A stretch of DNA of 64,000 bases from Candidatus Cryptobacteroides sp. (GTDB lineage: Bacteria; Bacteroidota; Bacteroidia; Bacteroidales; UBA932). Shown in pieces: positions 55,566-64,000 of this stretch. The first letter of the stretch is position 1. Every line of letters begins with the position of its first letter. Both the position numbers and the translations under genes were made by a program. The DNA lies in NCBI GenBank assembly GCA_045597895.1, contig JAZLLA010000053.1, positions 24,988 to 88,987 on the forward strand. The letters run 5' to 3'. The notes under the pieces are model-generated. The model was not told where the DNA came from. It searched no databases and saw nothing but the letters and a program-made list of their open reading frames with translations.

Positions 55566-58423
55566 AACAGTATCTCCTTTAGGAATGGTCCTGTGACTGA
55601 GGCCGGATTCTGGGCGAGCTCCTCAGGAGTACCGGACGCGATGATGCGTCCGCCCCTGGCTCCGCCTTCCGGACCCATGTCCAGTATGTAGTCGACGCTC
55701 TTCAGAACGTCGAGGTTGTGTTCGATGATTATTACGGTGTTTCCCTGGTCCACCAGCTTCTGGAGCACTCCCATCAGCACTTTTATATCCTCGAAGTGGA
55801 GGCCCGTGGTAGGCTCGTCGAGGATGTAGAGGGTGTTGCCGGTGGCGCTCTTGAAGAGCTCGGCCGCCAGTTTCATACGCTGGCTCTCTCCTCCGGAAAG
55901 GGTGACTGCGGACTGTCCCAGGTGTATGTACCCCAGGCCCACGTCCACCAGCGCCTTGAGTTTCTGGGCTATCTTAGGGATGCTCTTGAAGAACTCGTAG
56001 GCTTCGCTGACCGGCATTTCCAGGACGTCGCTGATGCTCTTGCCCTTGTATTTGACAGCGAGGGTGTCCTCCTTGTAGCGGAGGCCGCGGCATTCTTCGC
56101 AGACGACATTGACCGATGGGAGGAAGTTCATCTCGATGACTCTGATGCCGGCGCCCTTGCACTCCTCGCAGCGGCCTCCGGCGACGTTGAAGGAGAAACG
56201 GCCGGCGTTGAAGCCGCGGACCTTTGCGTCCGGGGTGTCCTCGAAGAGGGCGCGGATGTCATTGAAGACGCCGGTGAAGGTGGCGGGGTTAGAGCGCGGG
56301 CTGCGTCCTATAGGGCTCTGGTCTATTTCGATGAGCTTGTCGATGTTGTTGTCTCCGGCTATCGCTCTGTATGGGAGGGGCTTCTGCTTCGAGCGGTAGA
56401 ACTTGTTCATCAGGATAGGCATCAGCGTCTCGTTCACCAGGGTGGATTTGCCGCTTCCGCTGACTCCGGCGACTCCTATGAGGCAGCCGAGAGGGAAGTG
56501 GGCGTCGACGTCCTTCAGGTTGTTTCCGCTTGCTCCCAGGATGCTGAGCGTCAGTCCGTTGCCCTTCCTCCTGACCTTCGGCACCTCAATCTCCTTCTTT
56601 CCGGACAGATACTCCAATGTAGTTGACGGCTTTGACGGGGGGTAGTAGCCCTCTGAAAATCGTGCCACCCTCGGCATCGTAAGAGGGAGGGGCCCAGCGT
56701 CAGCTGGGAGGGGTCCTGCGGAGCAGGACATTTTCAGAGGGCTACTACCCTCCGTCAAAGAACCTGAGAAGCAGATTTCGCCGCCGCCAGCACCGGCTCC
56801 GGGACCGACGTCGACGAGCCAGTCGGCCGAGAGCATTGTCTCCAGGTCGTGCTCCACGACGATGACGGTATTGCCCTCGTCGCGAAGCTTCTTGAGCGAA
56901 GCGATCAGTTTGCGGTTGTCACGCTGGTGCAGTCCGATCGAAGGCTCGTCAAGGATGTAGATCACATTGACAAGCTTCGAACCGATCTGGGTGGCGAGGC
57001 GTATGCGCTGGCTCTCACCGCCGGACAGAGACGCAGTCGGACGGTCCAGGGACAGGTACTCCAGCCCCACGTCCATCAGGAAATCCACCCGGTCGGTAAG
57101 TTCCTTGAGGATGTCCCTTGCGATAGCGTTCTCGCGGGCATTGAACTTCGCAGGAAGCGAAGCCAGCCAGGTTTTCAACTCTGAAATCTCCATCGCGGAA
57201 ACCTCCGAGATGGTCTTTGAGTCTATCTTGAAGTAGTTTGTATTCTCATTGAGACGGGTCCCGTGGCATACCGGGCACTCGATCTTGTCCTCGATATCAT
57301 CCACCACGCCGTTCCAGCACACCATTTCCGCCGAACTGCCCTCCCCGATGCGCACTAGCTCGTCGGAGCCGAAGACCAGCAGGGTCACAGTCTCGTCGGA
57401 GAGCTCTGAGACAGGGTCGTATAGGGAGAATCCATGCTTGCGGGATATGGCGCGCACCGTTTCGCATTTGCGGTTTTCCCGCAGCTTGCCCAGAGGCGCG
57501 ATGCCTCCGGCGGCGATGCTCAGCGAGCGGTCGGGGATGATCGTGTCGATATTGACATCGACTATCTTTCCCAGTCCCTTGCAGTGAGGGCAGTAGCCCT
57601 CCGGGCTGTTGAAGGAGAAACTGTGCGGCGCCGGCTCCTGGAGGGAGATGCCGCTGTCCGGGTCGACCAGATGCTTCGAGAAGTGCTGAAGCTCTCCGGT
57701 TTCGATGTCCAGGATGGCGAGCGCTCCTTTGCCGATGCTGAGGGCGTTGATGACGGAGTCCTTGATGCGTTTTTCGTCTCCCGAGCCGGGCTTGAGCTTG
57801 TCCACTACGACCTCGATGAAATGGGCCTTGTAGCGGTCAAGGGCATCCACGTCGTTCAGCGCGAGGATTTCGCCGTCGATGCGGACCTGGGCGAACCCGC
57901 GCTTGCGCAGCTGGTCGAAGAGCTCGCGGTAGTGGCCCTTGCGGCCGCGCACCATAGGGGAGAGGAGGATGCACTTCCTTCCATTGTAGCGCTCCATTAT
58001 CAGCTCGACGATCTGGGTGTCGCTGTAGCGCACCATCTCCTTGCCGGTGACGGGGGAGTAGGCGCGTGACGCCCTGGCGTAGAGCAGACGCAGGAAATCG
58101 TATATCTCGGTGATGGTTCCCACCGTGGAACGGGGATTGGAACCGACGGTCTTCTGTTCGATGGCGATGATAGGGCTCAGCCCCGTGATGTTCTCCACCT
58201 CGGGCTTCTCGAGTATGCCCATGAAATGCTTCGCGTAAGGGGACAGGGTGTTCATATAGCGCCTCTGGCCCTCCGCGTATATGGTGTCGAAGGCAAGGGA
58301 TGACTTTCCGCTGCCGCTGAGTCCGGTTATCACTACGAACTTGTGGCGCGGGATCCTGAGGTCCGCGTCCTTGAGGTTGTGCGCCTTCGCGCCTTCGATG
58401 ATTATGTATTCTTCGTTATCCAT
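55562..58423 (-). CDS. uvrA: excinuclease ABC subunit A (UvrA family) carrying an in-frame insertion in the inter-module linker
   Basis: Walker A GLSGSGKSSLAFDT and GVSGSGKSTL. ABC signatures LSGGESQRIRLA and LSGGESQRMKLA. Zn modules CPHCKGLG, CPVCHG and CEECKGAG. Start taken at MDNEEYIIIEG (ATGGATAA overlap with the upstream MBL gene). Confidence 0.88.
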   Translation of the reverse strand: MDNEEYIIIEGAKAHNLKDADLRIPRHKFVVITGLSGSGKSSLAFDTIYAEGQRRYMNTLSPYAKHFMGILEKPEVENITGLSPIIAIEQKTVGSNPRSTVGTITEIYDFLRLLYARASRAYSPVTGKEMVRYSDTQIVELIMERYNGRKCILLSPMVRGRKGHYRELFDQLRKRGFAQVRIDGEILALNDVDALDRYKAHFIEVVVDKLKPGSGDEKRIKDSVINALSIGKGALAILDIETGELQHFSKHLVDPDSGISLQEPAPHSFSFNSPEGYCPHCKGLGKIVDVNIDTIIPDRSLSIAAGGIAPLGKLRENRKCETVRAISRKHGFSLYDPVSELSDETVTLLVFGSDELVRIGEGSSAEMVCWNGVVDDIEDKIECPVCHGTRLNENTNYFKIDSKTISEVSAMEISELKTWLASLPAKFNARENAIARDILKELTDRVDFLMDVGLEYLSLDRPTASLSGGESQRIRLATQIGSKLVNVIYILDEPSIGLHQRDNRKLIASLKKLRDEGNTVIVVEHDLETMLSADWLVDVGPGAGAGGGEICFSGSLTEGSSPLKMSCSAGPLPADAGPLPLTMPRVARFSEGYYPPSKPSTTLEYLSGKKEIEVPKVRRKGNGLTLSILGASGNNLKDVDAHFPLGCLIGVAGVSGSGKSTLVNETLMPILMNKFYRSKQKPLPYRAIAGDNNIDKLIEIDQSPIGRSPRSNPATFTGVFNDIRALFEDTPDAKVRGFNAGRFSFNVAGGRCEECKGAGIRVIEMNFLPSVNVVCEECRGLRYKEDTLAVKYKGKSISDVLEMPVSEAYEFFKSIPKIAQKLKALVDVGLGYIHLGQSAVTLSGGESQRMKLAAELFKSATGNTLYILDEPTTGLHFEDIKVLMGVLQKLVDQGNTVIIIEHNLDVLKSVDYILDMGPEGGARGGRIIASGTPEELAQNPASVTGPFLKEILL
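56630..56760. mobile_element. 131-bp palindromic (MITE/RPE-like) element inside the uvrA coding sequence
   Basis: 31-nt terminal inverted repeats CTTTGACGGgGGGTAGTAGCCCTCTGAAAAT (56630-56660) / ATTTTCAGAGGGCTACTACCCtCCGTCAAAG (56730-56760) with 1 mismatch. The 69-nt core carries small hairpins (CCCAGC/GCTGGG, GTCCTGC/GCAGGAC). It is read through in frame as ...LTEGSSPLKMSCSAGPLPADAGPLPLTMPRVARFSEGYYPPSK... Confidence 0.65.
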
Positions 58424-59117
58424 TGAGTTCGATTCCGTCCTGCTCCCAGTCGATTCCGTCCTGCTCGGGCTCATTGAACGGCTCCAGGAAAGGGTTGTGG
58501 GTCCTCTCGTCAGCTATGTTGGTCGGAGCGCCGTGGCCGGGGAGCACGTCGGTGGATCCCGGGAGCCCCATTATTCTGTCCATAATGGAGACGATCAGGT
58601 CGTCATAGTTGCAGCACTCCAGGTCGGTGCGGCCTATGGTGCCCCTGAAGAGGGTGTCGCCGCTGAAGAGGAGCCCCTCCTTTTCATTGTACCAGCAGAT
58701 GCCGCCGGGGGAGTGGCCCGGGGTGGCGATGGCCTTCCACTGCTCTCCTATAAGGGTCAGGACGTCGCCGTCGTTCACCGGTTCGGTCTTCAGGGCCGCA
58801 GGGTCGAAGGTGAAGCCGAAGCGGTGCGCCACCTTGCCGTGGATTTCCATCACTTCCGCGTCCCTGGGGCTCATATATGCCTTTATCCCGTAGCGCTTGC
58901 AGAAATCCGCGGCCCCGAGGACGTGGTCCACGTGCCCGTGGGTGATGATGACAGCCTCCGGCACCAGGCCTTCCTTCTCGATGAATGAGGAGAGGGCTCC
59001 GGCTTCCTTTGCGTCGCTGTAACCCGGGTCCACGATGAGAGCCTGACGGGCATCGTTCCATACCACCCAGCAGTTGACTTCGAAGACATTGAAATGAAAA
59101 TAGGAGATATTGAGCAT
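58416..59117 (-). CDS. MBL-fold metallo-hydrolase (glyoxalase II-like)
   Basis: THGHVDH metal motif, with downstream GHSPGG and LPGH motifs. 233 aa. Confidence 0.8.
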   Translation of the reverse strand: MLNISYFHFNVFEVNCWVVWNDARQALIVDPGYSDAKEAGALSSFIEKEGLVPEAVIITHGHVDHVLGAADFCKRYGIKAYMSPRDAEVMEIHGKVAHRFGFTFDPAALKTEPVNDGDVLTLIGEQWKAIATPGHSPGGICWYNEKEGLLFSGDTLFRGTIGRTDLECCNYDDLIVSIMDRIMGLPGSTDVLPGHGAPTNIADERTHNPFLEPFNEPEQDGIDWEQDGIELNG

Positions 59118-59191
59118 ATTAATCCTTTAGGTTCTGCAAAAATAAGAAAAAGCTTGCTAAATTTGCTGAAATAACCGAAAATACACCACAT

Positions 59192-59809
59192 ATGCATATA
59201 GGAATTGCGGGAAACATAGGTAGCGGAAAGACCACTCTGACCGGTATGCTGGCCGAGCATTACGGCTGGACTCCGAGATATGAGTCGGTTATGTTCAATC
59301 CTTACCTCGAGGACTACTACAAGGACATCCCGCGCTGGTCGTTCGCTCTGGAGACTTATTTCCTGAAGCAGCGTTTCAAGGACGTGCTGGAAATCGAAAA
59401 GACCGACGGGGTCATCATCCAGGACAGGACCATCTTCGAGGGCGTGAACATCTTCGTGGCGAACAACAGGGCGCTGGGAAACCTTTCCGAGAGGGATTAT
59501 GAAACCTTCATGGAGCTTTTCCATCTGATGATGTCCCTTGTCAAGGCGCCCGACCTTCTGATCTATCTCAGGTCCTCCATTCCACATCTGGTGTCGCAGA
59601 TCCAGAAGCGAGGCCGTGACTATGAGCAGTTTATGAGCATAGAGTATCTTACGGGCCTCAACGACCGCTATGAGGCGTGGATCAAGTCCTACGAGGCCCC
59701 TGTCCTCGTCATAGATACCGACAATCTTGACTTCAAGAACAGGCCTGAGGACTTTTCGTTCATCACGGACAAGATTGACGCCCGTCTGTATGGGTTGTTC
59801 TCCAAATAA
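59192..59809 (+). CDS. deoxynucleoside kinase
   Basis: P-loop IAGNIGSGKTTL with FNPYLEDYY, QDRTIFEG and an RGR-containing lid QKRGRDYE. 205 aa. Confidence 0.8.
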   Translation: MHIGIAGNIGSGKTTLTGMLAEHYGWTPRYESVMFNPYLEDYYKDIPRWSFALETYFLKQRFKDVLEIEKTDGVIIQDRTIFEGVNIFVANNRALGNLSERDYETFMELFHLMMSLVKAPDLLIYLRSSIPHLVSQIQKRGRDYEQFMSIEYLTGLNDRYEAWIKSYEAPVLVIDTDNLDFKNRPEDFSFITDKIDARLYGLFSK

Positions 59810-59844
59810 TTGTTAACTTTGTAAGTTACTTAATAATTAGAGCT

Positions 59845-60471
59845 ATGCATATTGCAATCGCAGGAAATATCGGAAGCGGAAAAACGACCCTGACCAAGAT
59901 GCTGGCCGCCCACTACGGGTGGACACCGAAGTTCGAGTCCGTGGATTTCAATCCGTATCTCGCCGATTATTACGAGGATATGGAGCGCTGGTCGTTCAAC
60001 CTCCAGATATATTTTCTGAACAAGCGTTTCAAGGATATAGTGGACATATCCAAGCAGGACGACATAGTGATCCAGGACCGCACCATCTATGAGGATGCGC
60101 GTATCTTCGCCCCGAACCTTCACAGCATGGGACTTATGAGCACCCGTGATTTCGAGAACTATTCGGACCTCTTCGACCTGATGATGTCGATGGTGAATCC
60201 GCCTGACCTCCTGATATATCTCAAGTCATCCATCCCTAACCTCGTGGCCCAGATCCAGAAGCGCGGCCGCGAGTATGAGAAAGGTATAAGGATCGACTAC
60301 CTGACAGGTCTGAACGACAGATACAATGAATGGATCGACAACTACGAGGGCAATCTTCTCATCGTAGATGCCGACAATATCAAGTTCGGTAACCGTCCTG
60401 AGGATTTCGAGAAGGTCACCGATATGATCGATGCCCAGCTCTTCGGTCTGTTCCCTCCGGAGAAGGCGTAA
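59845..60471 (+). CDS. deoxynucleoside kinase (tandem paralogue)
   Basis: Same motif set as the upstream gene (IAGNIGSGKTTL, FNPYLADYY, QDRTIYED, QKRGREYE). 208 aa. Confidence 0.8.
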   Translation: MHIAIAGNIGSGKTTLTKMLAAHYGWTPKFESVDFNPYLADYYEDMERWSFNLQIYFLNKRFKDIVDISKQDDIVIQDRTIYEDARIFAPNLHSMGLMSTRDFENYSDLFDLMMSMVNPPDLLIYLKSSIPNLVAQIQKRGREYEKGIRIDYLTGLNDRYNEWIDNYEGNLLIVDADNIKFGNRPEDFEKVTDMIDAQLFGLFPPEKA

Positions 60472-60480
60472 AAAGAAAGA

Positions 60481-60508
60481 GACCGCGCCATTCCCCAAAA
60501 GCGCGGTC
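60481..60508. terminator. possible terminator hairpin after the kinase pair
   Basis: 8-bp GC stem GACCGCGC / GCGCGGTC with a 12-nt loop. There is no clear T tract on the plus strand. Confidence 0.3.
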
Positions 60509-60689
60509 CCCGTATATAAAACGAACTTAACAAATAGACACGGAACGGGAATTCCGATGTCCAGAACAAAGTTAGTCAGATTTCCGACATGCGCAATGAT
60601 TTTTGTCCGAAATTTTATAGTTTTTGGGGCGTTTTGTTGTAATTTTTCAGGAAATCACTTTTGTGAATCAGACATAAGACCATAAAGAA

Positions 60690-61979
60690 ATGACCGGAAA
60701 GAAAACCAATACCGTTGCGATTGTGACGATGTGCTTCATCTTCGCAATGATTTCTTTCGTGACCAATATGGCCGCTCCTTTCGGAAACATCTGGAAGGGG
60801 CAGTACAGTTGGGCCGGTATGATGGGCAACGCCATGAATTTCCTGGCATATCTCTTTATGGGCATCCCTGCCGGGAAAATGCTTGTCAAGGTGGGTTACA
60901 AGAAGACCACCCTCATCGCCCTTGCGGTCGGCTTCCTCGGCATCGTGATCCAGTGGCTCTCCAGCCGGGCCTTCCTCGGCGGCAGCGCCATCTACGTATA
61001 TCTTCTGGGTGCGTTTGTATGCGGTTTCTGTGTATGCATGCTCAACACCGCAGTCAACCCTATGCTCCATATCCTCGGCGGAAACGGAAACAAGGGCAAC
61101 CAGTACATCCAGATAGGCGGTACGCTCAATTCTCTAACAGGCACCCTTACGCCGTTCCTGGTGGGTGTCCTCATAGGCACGGTCACATCCGGCACTTCGA
61201 TGAAGGATGTGGCTCCTTTGCTCTTCATCGCAATGGCCGTGTTCGCAATAGCGTTCGTCATCATTTCCTTTGTCAGGATTCCGGAGCCCGCTCTGGAACG
61301 CAGTGCCGCAGAATATGAGCACAGTCCTTGGAACTTCCGTCACTGGGTTCTCGGAATCATCGCCATCTTCTTCTACGTGGGCATCGAGGTCGGTATCCCG
61401 TCGCAGCTGAACTTCTTCCTTGCCGACCCTGACGGCAACGGAGCCTTCCCCGCCGGATTCGTCGGAGCGGCGGCCATCGGCGGTGCAGCCGCTGCAATGT
61501 ACTGGCTCCTTATGATGTTCGGCCGTTTCGCCAGCTCCATCATATCGGGAAAGGTCAGCCTCAAGGTTCAGATGGCTGTCGTCAGCGCAGTCGCCATCGC
61601 TCTGGTGGTCGCGGGTATCTTTATGCCGAAGGACATTCTGTTGAAGATGCCGGGATTCATCGCCGGCCAGGGCTTCTGCATGAACCTTGTTCCGCTCAGC
61701 GCACTGCTCTTCTGCCTATGCGGCCTCTGCACCTCGGTGATGTGGGGATGCATCTTCAATCTCGCCATCGAGGGGCTTGGCAAGTATACTGAGCAGGCTT
61801 CAGGCATCTTCATGGTGATGGTGGTCGGTGGCGCAATAATGCCCGCCATCCAGGAGTTCATCGCAAACAGGGCAGGCTACATGCAGTCATACTGGCTTGT
61901 GGTCGCTATGCTCTGCTACCTCTTCTTCTATGCAGTCCGGGGCTGCAGGAACGTTAACACGGATATACCAGTTGAATAA
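60690..61979 (+). CDS. MFS sugar transporter (glucose/galactose or fucose permease-like)
   Basis: 429 aa, 12 TM. The N-terminal FIFAMISFVTNMAAPF and NPM..ILGG patterns are typical of the FucP/GluP subfamily. It is adjacent to a glucokinase. Confidence 0.75.
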   Translation: MTGKKTNTVAIVTMCFIFAMISFVTNMAAPFGNIWKGQYSWAGMMGNAMNFLAYLFMGIPAGKMLVKVGYKKTTLIALAVGFLGIVIQWLSSRAFLGGSAIYVYLLGAFVCGFCVCMLNTAVNPMLHILGGNGNKGNQYIQIGGTLNSLTGTLTPFLVGVLIGTVTSGTSMKDVAPLLFIAMAVFAIAFVIISFVRIPEPALERSAAEYEHSPWNFRHWVLGIIAIFFYVGIEVGIPSQLNFFLADPDGNGAFPAGFVGAAAIGGAAAAMYWLLMMFGRFASSIISGKVSLKVQMAVVSAVAIALVVAGIFMPKDILLKMPGFIAGQGFCMNLVPLSALLFCLCGLCTSVMWGCIFNLAIEGLGKYTEQASGIFMVMVVGGAIMPAIQEFIANRAGYMQSYWLVVAMLCYLFFYAVRGCRNVNTDIPVE

Positions 61980-61985
61980 TAGCAT

Positions 61986-62948
61986 ATGGACAAGAATTTT
62001 GTAGTAGGAGTTGACGTAGGCGGACAGACCACCAAGATAGGTGTGGTGGACGCCCGTGGCGAGGTACTCGCCCAGACAGTCATCCGTTCGGATACATTCG
62101 GGTCTGATGCCGGCGCTTACATCAAGGCGCTGGCAGCGGCCATCCTCGGCGTCATCAAGGATGCAGGCAAGGAGGATCAGATCCGTGGCGTCGGCGTCGG
62201 TGCTCCTAACGGAAACTATTATACCGGGACGGTGGCTTTCGCACCGAACCTCGCCTGGGCTGCAAACGGCTCGGTGGACTTCGCGAGGATGCTCACCGAC
62301 GGGCTCGGCGGCATACCTGTTTCCCTTACCAATGATGCCAATGCCGCAGCCGTCGGCGAAATGACCTACGGTGCAGTCAGGGGAATGAAGAATTTCATAA
62401 TGATCACCCTCGGCACCGGTGTCGGCAGCGGAATCGTTATTGACGGGAAGGTGGTCTACGGACACGACGGATTCGCCGGTGAGCTCGGGCATACCAATGT
62501 CGTCCGCTACAACGGCCGTACCTGCGGCTGCGGAAAGACCGGCTGTCTCGAGGCTTACTGCTCCGCCATCGGCGTGGCCCGCACGGCGCGCGAGTGGCTC
62601 GAGTCCAGCGAAGAGCCTTCAATGCTCCGCGACTGTGAGAATATCACCTCCAAGGACGTATATGATGCCGCCAAGGCCGGTGACGCGATGGCTCTCCGGA
62701 TCTTCGACTACACAGGAACCCTCCTGGGCCGTTCGTTCGCCGATTTCATCGCCTTCAGCGCTCCTGAGGCCATCGTCCTGTTCGGCGGCCTTGCCCGCTC
62801 GAAGGAGTTCCTCTATGAGCCGATGCTCAAGGCAATGAACGCGAATGTCCTCAGCATCTGGAAGGACAAGGTCAAGATAGTGTTCTCCCAGCTCAAGGAA
62901 TCCGACGCCGCCATCCTCGGCGCTTCGGCCCTTGCGTGGGAGCTTTAA
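61986..62948 (+). CDS. ROK-family glucokinase
   Basis: N-terminal VGVDVGGQTTKIG, ROK signature LGTGVGSGIVIDGKV, and zinc motif CGCGKTGCLEAY. Confidence 0.85.
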   Translation: MDKNFVVGVDVGGQTTKIGVVDARGEVLAQTVIRSDTFGSDAGAYIKALAAAILGVIKDAGKEDQIRGVGVGAPNGNYYTGTVAFAPNLAWAANGSVDFARMLTDGLGGIPVSLTNDANAAAVGEMTYGAVRGMKNFIMITLGTGVGSGIVIDGKVVYGHDGFAGELGHTNVVRYNGRTCGCGKTGCLEAYCSAIGVARTAREWLESSEEPSMLRDCENITSKDVYDAAKAGDAMALRIFDYTGTLLGRSFADFIAFSAPEAIVLFGGLARSKEFLYEPMLKAMNANVLSIWKDKVKIVFSQLKESDAAILGASALAWEL

Positions 62949-62989
62949 TGAAATACAATCCAAACAAATAAACAAACAATTAAAAAACA

Positions 62990-63763
62990 ATGAAAGCAAG
63001 AAAATTCCTTATCGCCGCTCTCGCACTGAGCATGGCAACAGTCGCTTGTTCACAGAACAGCACAGTACTTCCTGACGGAACCAATGCAAAGGACCTCCTT
63101 CCTAGCAAGGCCCAGGTCGATTCAGTCAGCTACCTCCTCGGTATCAACTTCGGAAGCTTCCTCAAAGGCTACAACTTCGGTGACGACCTCAACTATGCTG
63201 AAATGAAGAAGGGTATCGTCGACTTCATCAACGCAGAAGGAAACCAGAACGACACCAACTTCGTAAAGCAGTTCAAGATCAATCCTGAACTCATGAACGA
63301 CCTCTTCAACAGCTTCCTCGAGAAGAGAAGCGAGTACACCAACGCCGTCAACAAGGCCGAGGCTGCCGCTTTCTTCGCAGAGAACCTCAAGAACGAAGGC
63401 GTACAGCAGACTGAAAGCGGTCTCCAGTACCAGATCATCGAGGCCGGTAACGATGTTAAGCCGGGTCCTCAGGACACCGTAGTGGTACGTTACAAGGGAG
63501 CTCTTGTAGACGGTACCGTATTTGACGAGGTCCCTGCCGGTGCAGAGCCTATCAGCCTTGTCCTCAACAGGGTCATCCCAGGATGGACCGAGGGCATGCA
63601 GCTCATCGGCGAAGGTGGAAAGGCCAAGCTCTACATCCCTTCAGAACTCGGTTACGGCGAGCGTGGAGCCAACGGCATCGAGCCTAACTCAACCCTCGTA
63701 TTCGACATTGAACTCGTAGAGGTTCACCCTTACGTTGAGCCTGCAGCTGAGGACGCTGAGTAA
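62990..63763 (+). CDS. FKBP-type peptidyl-prolyl cis-trans isomerase (FkpA/Mip-like), lipoprotein
   Basis: Signal/lipobox SMATVAC, an N-terminal dimerisation-like helices region, and the FKBP core VVVRYKGALVDGTVFD...VIPGWTEGMQL...KLYIPSELGYGERG. Confidence 0.85.
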   Translation: MKARKFLIAALALSMATVACSQNSTVLPDGTNAKDLLPSKAQVDSVSYLLGINFGSFLKGYNFGDDLNYAEMKKGIVDFINAEGNQNDTNFVKQFKINPELMNDLFNSFLEKRSEYTNAVNKAEAAAFFAENLKNEGVQQTESGLQYQIIEAGNDVKPGPQDTVVVRYKGALVDGTVFDEVPAGAEPISLVLNRVIPGWTEGMQLIGEGGKAKLYIPSELGYGERGANGIEPNSTLVFDIELVEVHPYVEPAAEDAE

Positions 63764-63769
63764 TCCGGT

Positions 63770-64000
63770 ATGACACTCGAACTTGAAGGAAAAGTAAAGA
63801 CCAAGCTCCCTGCACAGGGCGGTACAAGCGCCCGCGGTGCATGGACAAGGCAGGATTTCGTCGTGGAGTACCAGGACGGAAACTATCCTGCCGAGGCCTG
63901 TTTCTCTGCTTGGGGACAGGACAGGGTGGATGAACTCGCACGCTTCGAGGTGGGTGATGCCGTGAAGGTGTCATTCAACATCAAGGCCCGTGAGTATTCC
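63770..64000 (+). CDS. DUF3127-like small protein (3' end outside the window)
   Basis: Manual translation MTLELEGKVKTKLPAQGGTSARGAWTRQDFVVEYQDGNYPAEACFSAWGQDRVDEL... matches my memory of the Bacteroidota DUF3127 pattern. The frame is open to the window edge. Confidence 0.55.
   Translation, partial: MTLELEGKVKTKLPAQGGTSARGAWTRQDFVVEYQDGNYPAEACFSAWGQDRVDELARFEVGDAVKVSFNIKAREYS

Noticed and set aside
1-64000. CRISPR arrays, tRNA or rRNA genes
   Set aside because: Inspection of all intergenic regions longer than 60 nt showed no regularly spaced direct repeats, no cloverleaf-compatible sequences and no rRNA-like stretches.

Overview
The window looks like a chromosomal segment of a Bacteroidota, probably Bacteroidales, genome. 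Supporting evidence is TTTG-N19-21-TAnnTTTG promoters, BACON and DUF3575 proteins, lipoprotein-rich surface loci and a gldH-like gene. I found no rRNA, tRNA or CRISPR array.

Left third (1-21.4 kb), mostly housekeeping: pgk (partial), a GH95 fucosidase-like enzyme, lgt, a TolC-MFP-RND efflux operon, trxA, a polyprenyl synthase, holB-PSP1-gldH-trmB, a YfcC-type carrier, miaA, smpB, and metK with a possible SAM-II-like leader. A small AT-rich HUH (Y1 transposase-like) gene bracketed by 114-bp direct repeats interrupts this block.

Middle (21.6-51.3 kb), accessory:
- A TonB-dependent receptor sits with a BACON/triple-OB-fold lipoprotein.
- A 1.4-kb HepT/MNT toxin-antitoxin cassette is flanked by a 37-bp duplication of the neighbouring esterase gene end. 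Its antitoxin is fused to an AbiEi-like module.
- Two type-B carboxylesterases and a GH27 alpha-galactosidase follow, then a secreted BACON-OB-NUC nuclease.
- The most unusual region comes next. A tyrosine recombinase and a candidate invertible promoter lie in front of a 16-kb type V pilus-like locus (DUF3575, Mfa2-like anchor). The locus holds six paralogous pilin-fold lipoproteins, three of which carry roughly 900-aa AT-rich beta-helix/GLUG adhesin heads.

Right part: an M3 peptidase, an EamA transporter, a P-loop kinase, uvrA carrying an in-frame 131-bp palindromic insertion, an MBL hydrolase, two deoxynucleoside kinases, an MFS sugar transporter with a ROK glucokinase, an FKBP isomerase and a partial DUF3127 gene.

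Four separate segments (0.5, 1.16, 1.4 and 19.3 kb) are each bracketed by direct repeats. Family names are assigned from motifs read in the translations and from memory; no database search was possible.
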